Source: Lachnospiraceae bacterium
GTDB lineage: Bacteria > Bacillota > Clostridia > Lachnospirales > Lachnospiraceae
DNA: 64,000 nucleotides
Reading direction: 5' to 3'
Assembly (NCBI GenBank): GCA_050875145.1
Contig: JBNMLH010000006.1
Location: forward strand, 41,592-105,591
The notes beneath the pieces were generated by a model. The model made no database searches, was not told where the DNA came from, and was given only the letters and a program-made list of their open reading frames with translations. Of the stretch, positions 29,546 through 38,306 are shown in pieces (positions within the stretch are counted from its first letter, which is position 1; each line of letters starts with the position of its first letter). The position numbers and the translations under genes are program-made.

Positions 29546-30409
29546 ATGAAAATAGAGGAACGTGGAGCAAACTTTCTAAAAATAAGTTTGTTGCAAGAAG
29601 GAACCATAGATAAAGTTTCTTTTGATAGAATGAAACATTTAGATTGTATATTGCCATTTGAGTATGTGTATAATGAGGAAAATCGAATTTTGTATCGAAC
29701 TGGGAATTATATTCCTTTGGCAGAATATTTTAATATCAAAACATTGAACTTTACAGAGGTAAAAGGATTTTTCATGTCTTGGATCATGGCATTTGAAAGT
29801 GTTAATCGGACTGGAGGGAAATGTGGAAATCTGGTTACCGATATGGATTATGTATATATTGATCCAGTTACGGGACAGTTACGTTTTATATATCTTCCAG
29901 TCTTAATAGAAATCCAAAATAATAACTTTAGAAATGCATTGAAAGAGCTGATTTTTTCAATACGGGTTAAAGATGCGGAAATACTTCTTGGATTGGTTGT
30001 TGAGCAACTTGGAAAGCCAAGCAATGAAGATACACAGCTATATGAAGATTTAAGAGAATGTATTAATAAAGCGGATAAAAATGTAAAGATTGTTGAAAAA
30101 GAGGTAGAGGTTGAACGTATTGTTGAAAAAATAATTGAGAAACCACAAAAACAAAAAAGAAATATTGGGAGAAATTTAGTTGGATATACAGTTTTATGCA
30201 GTTCATCCATGGTAATTCTTCCGTTATTGTTGTCAAATGTAATTGATAGTTCCCTGTTATCAAAACCACATTTGTTGAATGTTTTGTTTTGCCTTTTAAC
30301 GATTCTTCTGGCTCATTTATACACATTACAAATAGATAAAAAAAGTATAGATAACAAAACAATTATAACAATGGAACCAGAAAAAAATGTAGAATCCAGG
30401 AATAAGTAA
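29546..30409 (+). CDS. Hypothetical membrane protein (soluble N-terminal domain plus two C-terminal TM helices)
   Basis: ORF with GAGGAGG upstream. I recognise no catalytic motif. The N-terminal domain resembles those seen in Lachnospiraceae FHA-associated membrane proteins, but that recollection is weak. Confidence 0.5.
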   Translation: MKIEERGANFLKISLLQEGTIDKVSFDRMKHLDCILPFEYVYNEENRILYRTGNYIPLAEYFNIKTLNFTEVKGFFMSWIMAFESVNRTGGKCGNLVTDMDYVYIDPVTGQLRFIYLPVLIEIQNNNFRNALKELIFSIRVKDAEILLGLVVEQLGKPSNEDTQLYEDLRECINKADKNVKIVEKEVEVERIVEKIIEKPQKQKRNIGRNLVGYTVLCSSSMVILPLLLSNVIDSSLLSKPHLLNVLFCLLTILLAHLYTLQIDKKSIDNKTIITMEPEKNVESRNK

Positions 30410-30492
30410 TAAATTGAAAAACTTTTATTTAGAAGGTATTTACAGTTGGTACTGCAGGATTTGAATAGCAAAATGATGCAGCTATGAAAAAT

Positions 30493-30534
30493 AAAAACTC
30501 TATGAGCGTAAAGTTGTCTCATAGAGTTTTTTTC
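30493..30534 (+). terminator. Rho-independent terminator
   Basis: Stem AAAAACTCTATGAG / CTCATAGAGTTTTT runs into T7. Confidence 0.8.
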
Positions 30535-30860
30535 TAGGTAATTTGTTGATTTTTTTTTCTTTTACATATATAATGAAATGTGTACTTGAAGTTATTTTTT
30601 ACCTTTTTATGGAAAAATAATTTGTATACTTCACTATTGCAATATAGGTTTAAAAATGGAACGGAATTTGTTATTTGTAGGTTGTTTTTTATGATGATAA
30701 TGGAAGATAGTTATATAAAAGTTTCGGCATCATTGTATAGCGAAAAGAAGGGAAATTTTTCGAGTTATTGTATTATAGTGTATCGATCGAAATTTATGTG
30801 GATGTATGGATATGGTTTCACATGAAGATTGAGCAAAATAAAAGATGGAGGGTTGATAGA

Positions 30861-32306
30861 ATGGGTAGTTCAGATCAAACAGCAATGAATCGCATCCTGA
30901 ATCTATTAGATGATAATAGTTTCGTTGAAATTGGTGCGAAAGTAACAAAGAGAAACACAGACTTCAATCTGGAAGGGAAAGAGATTCCGGCAGATGGTGT
31001 TATTACCGGATATGGTCTTATTGATGGTAGTATGGTGTATGTGTACAGTCAGGATGCAACCGCATTAGGGGGCGCAATCGGAGAGATGCATGCAAAAAAA
31101 ATCGTTAAGATTTATGAATTGGCTATGAAAATTGGTGTACCAGTGATTGGCTTGATTGATTGTGCAGGTCTGCGTTTGCAGGAGGCAACAGATGCATTAA
31201 ATGCGTTTGGTTCGCTGTATGCAAGTAAAGTAATGGCATCAGGAGTAATTCCTCAGATTACAGCAGTTTTCGGAAACTGCGGTGGTGGTGTTGCTGTAGC
31301 AAATGCATTAGGTGACTTTACATTTATGGAAGATGAGGCAAAAGTATTTGTTAGTTCACCAAATGTATTAGAGGGAAATTATGTAGAAAAACTGGATACG
31401 GCTGCATCAGAATTTCAGGCAGAATGCGGAAACGTAGATTTTGTAGAAAAGAAAGAAGATATTTATAATCATATTCGTCAATTAGTGACAATTCTTCCTT
31501 CTAATAATGAAGATGATGATTCGTATGAAGAATGCACAGATGATTTAAACCGTATTAGCAGTGTGTTAGAAGGAGAAGTAAAAGATCCAAGAAGTGCATT
31601 GGTTGATGTTTCTGATAATGGATTTTTTATGGAAGTGAAAAAAGCATATGCGCAGGAAATGGTTACAGGATTTATTCGATTAAATGGCATGACAGTTGGT
31701 GCAGTTGCCAATGCGTCTGCTTTGTTGGATGCAGAGGGAAAAGAAGTTGCGACTTATGAAAAAGTTTTAACAACTGCTGGTTGTGAAAAAGCAGCTCATT
31801 TTGTAAATGTATGTGATGCATTTAATATTCCTGTACTTACTTTGACAGATGTAAAGGGATACAAGGGAACTGTAGAAGAAGAAAAGACAATCTCTGCAGC
31901 AGTAGCAAAACTTACTTATGCATTTGCAAATGCTAATGTACCTAAGGTAAATGTAATTGTGGGTGAGGCATTCGGAAGTGCATATATTACAATGAATTCA
32001 GCACATATTGGTGCAGATATTGTATTTGCTTTGCCTGGTGCAAAGATTGGTATGATGGATGCAGAACAGGCTGCAAAGATTATGTATGCAGAGGAAATTA
32101 AGGCTGCGGATGATGCACAGAGCAAAATATCTGAAAAAGCGGCAGAGTATCAGGCACTACAGGGAAGCGTAGATGCTGCTGCCTCTCGTGGATATGTGGA
32201 TAGTGTGATTGATGGAGGTTCTGTTCGTAAACAGTTGATTTTTGCTTTTGAGATGTTATTTACAAAAAGAGATGACAGACCAGTGAAAAAGCATGGAACG
32301 ATTTAA
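30861..32306 (+). CDS. Acyl-CoA carboxyltransferase subunit (12S / MmdA / PccB-like, short divergent form)
   Basis: ATG 30861 lies 9 nt after GGAGG. It has two carboxyltransferase halves, GGAIGEMHAKKIVKIYELAMKIGVPVIGLIDCAGLRLQE and GFIRLNGMTVGAVAN...AAHFVNVCDAFNIPVLTLTDVKGY. Confidence 0.8.
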   Translation: MGSSDQTAMNRILNLLDDNSFVEIGAKVTKRNTDFNLEGKEIPADGVITGYGLIDGSMVYVYSQDATALGGAIGEMHAKKIVKIYELAMKIGVPVIGLIDCAGLRLQEATDALNAFGSLYASKVMASGVIPQITAVFGNCGGGVAVANALGDFTFMEDEAKVFVSSPNVLEGNYVEKLDTAASEFQAECGNVDFVEKKEDIYNHIRQLVTILPSNNEDDDSYEECTDDLNRISSVLEGEVKDPRSALVDVSDNGFFMEVKKAYAQEMVTGFIRLNGMTVGAVANASALLDAEGKEVATYEKVLTTAGCEKAAHFVNVCDAFNIPVLTLTDVKGYKGTVEEEKTISAAVAKLTYAFANANVPKVNVIVGEAFGSAYITMNSAHIGADIVFALPGAKIGMMDAEQAAKIMYAEEIKAADDAQSKISEKAAEYQALQGSVDAAASRGYVDSVIDGGSVRKQLIFAFEMLFTKRDDRPVKKHGTI

Positions 32307-32324
32307 GCGAGGTGGAACAAGATT

Positions 32325-33101
32325 ATGAGAAAAAGACTAGTATTAGCGTTGACCGCAATCCTATGTGTAATAGGTGTGATAGGATTTTCTCCAAAGACAT
32401 TATTGGCTGCTGACAACAAAACAGAGATAGAGGTCAGCGGTGAGGTAGATGGTCAGGACGAGTGGCTGAATCAGGTCAAGAGTTTTATTGAATCTTCATG
32501 GAATCAGACAGATTTTGAAAATTTGATAAGTAGTTATTCTGACCAATTAGAGGAATCAGACATTAAAAAATATAACTCTTGGGCAAAATTGCAAAAAGAG
32601 GCAGGAGAATATAAAAATATTGTGTCAGCAGATTTTTCCATGGAGGATAATGACACTGTTACTGTAATTAAAGCTGTTGTAGACTATAAAAATGAAAAAT
32701 TGCTTTTTACTTTTAAAGTTGGAGATAGTAAAGAGGATATTACAGTAGAAAAATATAAGGAACCAGAACCAGAATCATTTGCTACAACTATGAAAAATGC
32801 AGGTATCAATACTGTTATGTCAATTACGATTGTATTTGTTGTTTTGATATTTATTGCAGGTATCATATCACTTTTTGGTTTAATTCCAAAATTGTTTGCT
32901 TCTAAGAAGCAAGAGGAGGAAACGGTTGATGTTGCAACTGTCGCAGAGGTGCCAGTGGTGGAAGATGTCACAGATGATACTGAAATTGTTGCGGTTATTA
33001 CAGCAGCAATTATGGCAAGTATGGGAGATGAGGCTCCCGCCGATGGATTGCATATTACTTCAATTAAGAGAAGAACAAATAGTAAATGGAAAAGAAGTTA
33101 A
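32325..33101 (+). CDS. OadG-like decarboxylase gamma subunit with an extra N-terminal exported domain
   Basis: Signal/TM segment (LVLALTAILCVIGVIGF), an unknown domain of about 140 aa, the OadG-type TM SITIVFVVLIFIAGIISLFG, and the tail EIVAVITAAIMASMG. Confidence 0.6.
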   Translation: MRKRLVLALTAILCVIGVIGFSPKTLLAADNKTEIEVSGEVDGQDEWLNQVKSFIESSWNQTDFENLISSYSDQLEESDIKKYNSWAKLQKEAGEYKNIVSADFSMEDNDTVTVIKAVVDYKNEKLLFTFKVGDSKEDITVEKYKEPEPESFATTMKNAGINTVMSITIVFVVLIFIAGIISLFGLIPKLFASKKQEEETVDVATVAEVPVVEDVTDDTEIVAVITAAIMASMGDEAPADGLHITSIKRRTNSKWKRS

Positions 33102-33144
33102 AAACGACAAAATATCCGGTAAGACTTTATAGGAGGTATTAGAA

Positions 33145-33504
33145 ATGAAAAATTATACAATTACCGTTAATGGAAATGTTTATGATGTAACAGTTGAGGA
33201 AGGTGCTTCTACAGGTGCAGTAGCTACCGCACCTGTAGCAAAGAAAGCAGCGCCAGCTCCTAAAGCAGCAGCTCCGGCTGGTGCACAGGGTAGTGTGAAG
33301 GTAAATGCACCTATGCAGGGAAAAATTTTATCTGTAAAGGGATCAGAAGGTCAGGCAGTAAAGAAGGGCGATGTAATTTTGATTCTGGAAGCTATGAAGA
33401 TGGAAAATGAAATTGTTGCTCCTCAGGATGGTACAATTGCAGGTATCAATGTAAATGAAGGAGATAAAGTTGAAGCTGGTGCAGTAGTTGCAACTTTGAA
33501 TTAA
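33145..33504 (+). CDS. Biotin carboxyl carrier protein (1.3S / MmdC-like)
   Basis: 119 aa with an Ala/Pro-rich linker. The biotinylation motif EAMKMENEI is the only AMKM motif in the operon. Confidence 0.9.
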   Translation: MKNYTITVNGNVYDVTVEEGASTGAVATAPVAKKAAPAPKAAAPAGAQGSVKVNAPMQGKILSVKGSEGQAVKKGDVILILEAMKMENEIVAPQDGTIAGINVNEGDKVEAGAVVATLN

Positions 33505-33606
33505 GATACAAATAATTGAAAGGAAATAAATCAGAAAGGATAAGCCACATTTCTTTCAATTACAAAGTGGCATCATCACACTTTGTGATGATAATATGGT
33601 GTAAAT

Positions 33607-34755
33607 ATGGATAAAGTAACGGAAACTTTGACAAATTTAGCACAACAGACAGCATTTGCAACAATGTCATGGGGAAATGTTTTAATGATTGCAATTGCTT
33701 GTATATTTCTATATTTAGCAATCAAAAAGGGATATGAACCATTGCTTTTAGTGCCTATTGCATTTGGTATGCTTTTGGTAAATATGTATCCAGATATTAT
33801 GGCATCACCGGAGGAAACATCAAACGGAGTAGGGGGATTGCTACATTATTTCTTTACACTGGATGAATGGAGTATTTTGCCATCGCTTATTTTCCTTGGA
33901 GTTGGTGCGATGACGGATTTTGCACCGTTGATTGCCAATCCCAAAAGTTTTTTATTGGGTGCAGCGGCACAGATTGGAATTTTTTCCGCTTATTTATTAG
34001 CAATCTTTTTAGGTTTCAATGGAAAAGCGGCAGCGGCAATTTCAATCATTGGTGGTGCAGATGGTCCTACATCCCTGTTTTTGTGTAGTAAACTGGGGCA
34101 GACAGAATACATGGGACCGATTGCGGTTGCAGCATATTCATATATGTCCTTAGTACCAATTATTCAGCCACCAATTATGAAACTCTTGACAACAAAGAAG
34201 GAAAGAGAAATTAAGATGGAACAGCTTCGTCCAGTATCAAAACTTGAGAAGATTTTGTTCCCTATCGTTGTAACGATTGTTGTTGTATTATTACTTCCTA
34301 CAACAGCTCCTTTGGTTGGTATGTTGATGTTAGGTAACTTATTCAAAGAGTGTGGAGTAGTAAATCAATTAGCAGAAACAGCGTCTAATGCTTTGATGTA
34401 TATTGTTGTTATTTTGCTTGGTACTTCTGTTGGTGCAACAACAAGTGCAGAAGACTTTTTACAGATTACAACATTAAAAATTGTATTTTTAGGTTTAATT
34501 GCCTTTGCAGTTGGTACAGCAGCAGGTGTATTGTTCGGTAAACTTATGTGTGTAGTTACGCATGGAAAGATAAATCCACTGATTGGTTCGGCTGGTGTTT
34601 CGGCAGTTCCTATGGCAGCCAGAGTATCTCAAAAAGTGGGAGCAGAGGCAGACCCAACCAATTTCTTATTGATGCATGCTATGGGGCCAAACGTTGCTGG
34701 TGTTATTGGTACAGCAGTAGCAGCGGGTGTGTTTATGGCAATATTTGGTGTTTAG
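33607..34755 (+). CDS. Na+-translocating decarboxylase beta subunit (OadB/MmdB/GcdB family)
   Basis: 382 aa, polytopic. The conserved stretches are GVGAMTDFAPLIANPKSFLLGAAAQIGIF and GSAGVSAVPMAARV. Confidence 0.9.
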   Translation: MDKVTETLTNLAQQTAFATMSWGNVLMIAIACIFLYLAIKKGYEPLLLVPIAFGMLLVNMYPDIMASPEETSNGVGGLLHYFFTLDEWSILPSLIFLGVGAMTDFAPLIANPKSFLLGAAAQIGIFSAYLLAIFLGFNGKAAAAISIIGGADGPTSLFLCSKLGQTEYMGPIAVAAYSYMSLVPIIQPPIMKLLTTKKEREIKMEQLRPVSKLEKILFPIVVTIVVVLLLPTTAPLVGMLMLGNLFKECGVVNQLAETASNALMYIVVILLGTSVGATTSAEDFLQITTLKIVFLGLIAFAVGTAAGVLFGKLMCVVTHGKINPLIGSAGVSAVPMAARVSQKVGAEADPTNFLLMHAMGPNVAGVIGTAVAAGVFMAIFGV

Positions 34756-34782
34756 GGATATAAAATATAAGGAGGTATTGTA

Positions 34783-36195
34783 ATGGCAGAACAGGAAAAG
34801 AAACCAATTAAAATTACAGAGACAGTATTACGTGATGCCCATCAGTCATTGATTGCAACAAGAATGACAACAGAGCAGATGCTGCCTATTATTGATAAAA
34901 TGGATCAGGTTGGATATCATGCAGTAGAATGCTGGGGAGGTGCTACTTTTGATGCGTCTCTTCGTTTCCTAAAGGAAGATCCATGGGAAAGATTGAGAAA
35001 ATTAAGAGCAGGCTTCAAAAAGACAAAGCTTCAGATGTTATTCCGTGGACAGAATATTTTGGGATATAACCACTATGCGGATGATGTAGTGGAATACTTT
35101 GTACAGAAGTCTATTGCAAATGGTATTGACATTATTAGAATTTTTGACTGTTTAAATGATGTTAGAAACTTAGAGACGGCTGTTCGAGCTGCCAATAAGG
35201 AAAATGGACATGCACAGATTGCCTTGTCATATACTTTGGGTGATGCATATACATTGGATTATTGGAAGGATATGGCAAAGAAGATTGAAGATATGGGTGC
35301 AAAATCCTTGTGTATCAAAGATATGGCAGGTTTGTTGACTCCATACAATGCAACAGAGTTAGTTACTGCATTAAAAGAGTCTGTATCTATTCCAATTGAT
35401 TTGCATACACATTATACTTCAGGTGTCGCATCTATGACTTATATGAAGGCAGTTGAAGCTGGTTGTGATATCATAGATACTGCTATTTCGCCATTGGCTA
35501 TGGGTACAAGTCAGCCTGCAACAGAAGTTATGGCAAAAACTTTTGAAGGTACACCATATGATCCGGGATTTGATCAGAATTTACTGGCTGAGATAGCAAA
35601 TCATTTTGCTCCAATGAGAGAAGAATGGTTAAAGACAGGTCGTATGAGTACAAAAGTGTTGGGTGTAAATATTAAAACATTGATGTATCAGGTACCTGGT
35701 GGTATGTTATCAAATCTTGTATCTCAGTTAGATGAGATGGGTGCATCCGATCGTTTCCAGGAGGTATTGGAAGAAGTACCTAGAGTGCGTAAAGACTTTG
35801 GTGAGCCACCATTGGTAACACCTTCTTCTCAGATTGTTGGAACACAGGCAGTATTAAATGTAGTTACAGGAGAGAGATATAAGGTAGTAACAAAAGAATC
35901 TAAAAAATTATTATCCGGACAGTTTGGTCAGACCGTAAAACCATTTAACAAAGAAGTACAGAAAAAATGTATTGGTGATACAGAAGCAATTACATGCCGT
36001 CCGGCTGATTTGATTAAGCCACAGTTAAAAGATATTGAGGAAGAAATGAAGCAGTACAAACAACAAGATGAAGATGTATTATCTTATGCATTGTTCCCAC
36101 AGGTGGCAACAGAATTCTTTAAATATCGTGAAGCACAACAGACAAAGATTGATTCTACAGTGGCAAGTGAGGAAAATAAGACTTACCCAGTGTAA
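34783..36195 (+). CDS. Oxaloacetate decarboxylase alpha / transcarboxylase 5S-type carboxyltransferase lacking a biotinyl domain
   Basis: The N-terminus is ITETVLRDAHQSLIATRM, with an HMGL-like TIM barrel (DLHTHYTSG). At 470 aa it ends without any AMKM motif. Confidence 0.88.
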   Translation: MAEQEKKPIKITETVLRDAHQSLIATRMTTEQMLPIIDKMDQVGYHAVECWGGATFDASLRFLKEDPWERLRKLRAGFKKTKLQMLFRGQNILGYNHYADDVVEYFVQKSIANGIDIIRIFDCLNDVRNLETAVRAANKENGHAQIALSYTLGDAYTLDYWKDMAKKIEDMGAKSLCIKDMAGLLTPYNATELVTALKESVSIPIDLHTHYTSGVASMTYMKAVEAGCDIIDTAISPLAMGTSQPATEVMAKTFEGTPYDPGFDQNLLAEIANHFAPMREEWLKTGRMSTKVLGVNIKTLMYQVPGGMLSNLVSQLDEMGASDRFQEVLEEVPRVRKDFGEPPLVTPSSQIVGTQAVLNVVTGERYKVVTKESKKLLSGQFGQTVKPFNKEVQKKCIGDTEAITCRPADLIKPQLKDIEEEMKQYKQQDEDVLSYALFPQVATEFFKYREAQQTKIDSTVASEENKTYPV

Positions 36196-36212
36196 GGTGC
36201 AACGTGTAAAAG

Positions 36213-36241
36213 AGCTCAATGCAAATGCATTGGGCTTTTTT
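36213..36241 (+). terminator. Rho-independent terminator after the decarboxylase operon
   Basis: Stem GCTCAATGCA / TGCATTGGGC is followed by T7. Confidence 0.7.
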
Positions 36242-36252
36242 CTCTATAGAGA
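36241..36252. repeat. Palindrome TCTCTATAGAGA immediately after a terminator T-run
   Basis: A perfect 12-bp palindrome. It is related to the motif TTTACTCTATAGGAAAGTG at 40238 and 49948. Confidence 0.6.
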
Positions 36253-36360
36253 ACAGGAACGTTTAAAATTTGATTTGTGAGGGTATAGGTAAAATAGAAG
36301 AAATAGAGTGTGTTTTGAAAATATTTAAAAAGATAAAAGGATAGAAAGGAGAGGGAACAG

Positions 36361-38262
36361 TTGGATTGGAAAGATAGTGTATATGCAGATGGTTCGGCAT
36401 TATTTGTTAGTAATCCTTTGCCTGCATTGGGTGAGGAGATTACAATTCAGATACGCATTTTTGATAATGCACCGATTTCTGATATTATTTTATGTTATAA
36501 AAAGGATGGATTGGAATTCCTTGAAACAATGCATCGCTGCAAAAATGCAGACGGCTTCTCTTACTATAGCGGTAAAATAGAAATTACACAAAAGTCAACG
36601 ACATATCATTTTTACATCGTTTCTGGAGAAAAAGTGTATTATTATAATCAAAAAGGATTGACGGATTATTTTCCTGATGAAATCTATGATTTTAAAATTA
36701 TAGCAGATTATAGTCAGCCATCTTGGATTAAAGGCAAGGTGTTTTATCAGATTTTTCCAGATCGATTTTGTTGCGGAAATGAGAACAATGCGGTGTTGGA
36801 TGGAGAATATGAATTTTCGGGACATAAGGTGCAACGCATCAAAGACTGGAAGGAGGAACCAAAAGAATTTGAACAGGCATTTTGCCTTGATTTTTATGGT
36901 GGAGATTTAAAGGGAATTGAAGATAAAATACCATATTTAAAAGAGTTGCATGTAAATGGAATCTACTTAAATCCTATTTTTTCTGCGGCAACAGTGCATC
37001 GTTATGACTGTGTAGATTATTTTCATGTAGATCGTCATTTAGGAGGGGATGCTGATTTTGAATCACTTTGTCAGCATTTGCATGAAGAAGAGATGCGAGT
37101 TGTATTAGATATCTCTATCAATCATACAGGTAGTGCGCATAGATGGTTTAATAGAGACGGTTCGTTTTGGGATAAAGAAGTAGGGGCATATTATAATAAG
37201 ACTGCACCAGAACGCGAATTTTACTATTTTGAAGAGGATAACTCCTATGGAGCATATTATGGGATTCCTACGTTACCAAAGTTGAACTATCATTCTGCTA
37301 AACTTAGAGATATTTTATATGCAGCACCAAACAGTGTATTAAAAAAGTGGTTGCAAAAACCGTATGACATTGATGGTTGGAGATTTGACGTGGCAGGGAC
37401 CACGGGACAATATAAAATGGACCACTATGATCATGAAATATGGAAAGAAATCAGGAATGCCATTAAAGAAGAAAAAACAGATGCCTATATTTTGGCGGAA
37501 GACTGGAATGATGGATACGAATATTTAAAAGGGGATGAATGGGATGCAATCATGAATTTTTATGGTTGCGGCAGACCAATCAGAGAGTATGTGGGACAGC
37601 TTGATTTTCGACAAAGTAGAAAGCCAGAGTTGAGAAAATTACAGTCAAATACTTCCGCTGCTGCACTTAGAGAAAGAATTATGAATGCATATGCAAAATT
37701 GCCTTTTGTGATTTCTGAAAACCAATTTAATATGATTGATTGTCATGATATTGGTCGCTTGCATAATGACCCTGCCATTTCCTTCGAACAATATAAAATA
37801 GCGGTATATCTGCTTTATATGTTGCCTGGGTGCGTATGCATGTATTACGGAGATGAAGTTGGATTGGGAGGAAGGATCACCTCCACCGAGGGATGCAGAT
37901 ATCCTATGAACTGGGATGTGGAATTGCAGAAAAATCCATATTATCAATTATATCAAACGATGAATCAATGGAAAAACAGTTGTAGCGCGTTGCAGGACGG
38001 AGGATTTAAGGTATTATCTGCGGAAGGTAATGTATTTGCTTGTGCAAGGTTTGATGAGGAACAAGTAGTTTTGGCGGTTACTTCTATGGAGCAAGAGTTA
38101 ATCAAAGAAATGGAAATCAATCTAAATATTTTTGGACAAAATTTTAAGTTTCCTGAACAGGATATTATGGGAGAAAAACTTGTGTATGAAGGAAAGAACG
38201 AACAGGTTATTTTACAGATTCCACCTAAAAAAGGATACTTTATCGTCTTACAAAACATATAA
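36361..38262 (+). CDS. GH13 alpha-amylase family enzyme (neopullulanase/cyclomaltodextrinase-like, cytoplasmic)
   Basis: TTG start after AAAGGAGAGGGA and no signal peptide. GH13 regions are DISINHTG, DGWRFDVAG, ILAEDWN and MIDCHDIGR. An N-terminal beta-domain is typical of neopullulanases. Confidence 0.85.
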   Translation: MDWKDSVYADGSALFVSNPLPALGEEITIQIRIFDNAPISDIILCYKKDGLEFLETMHRCKNADGFSYYSGKIEITQKSTTYHFYIVSGEKVYYYNQKGLTDYFPDEIYDFKIIADYSQPSWIKGKVFYQIFPDRFCCGNENNAVLDGEYEFSGHKVQRIKDWKEEPKEFEQAFCLDFYGGDLKGIEDKIPYLKELHVNGIYLNPIFSAATVHRYDCVDYFHVDRHLGGDADFESLCQHLHEEEMRVVLDISINHTGSAHRWFNRDGSFWDKEVGAYYNKTAPEREFYYFEEDNSYGAYYGIPTLPKLNYHSAKLRDILYAAPNSVLKKWLQKPYDIDGWRFDVAGTTGQYKMDHYDHEIWKEIRNAIKEEKTDAYILAEDWNDGYEYLKGDEWDAIMNFYGCGRPIREYVGQLDFRQSRKPELRKLQSNTSAAALRERIMNAYAKLPFVISENQFNMIDCHDIGRLHNDPAISFEQYKIAVYLLYMLPGCVCMYYGDEVGLGGRITSTEGCRYPMNWDVELQKNPYYQLYQTMNQWKNSCSALQDGGFKVLSAEGNVFACARFDEEQVVLAVTSMEQELIKEMEINLNIFGQNFKFPEQDIMGEKLVYEGKNEQVILQIPPKKGYFIVLQNI

Positions 38263-38306
38263 ATAATAATGAACTTTTGAATGTTTATATGGTAAGAGGA
38301 GCCTTT

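Noticed and set aside
33867-34763. Alternative-frame + strand ORFs inside the beta-subunit gene (33867-34088 and 34548-34763), and the similar ORFs 32896-33132 and 21180-21374.
   Set aside because: They are out-of-frame overlaps within confidently assigned genes. They are Cys/Trp/Gly-rich artefacts with no start signals.
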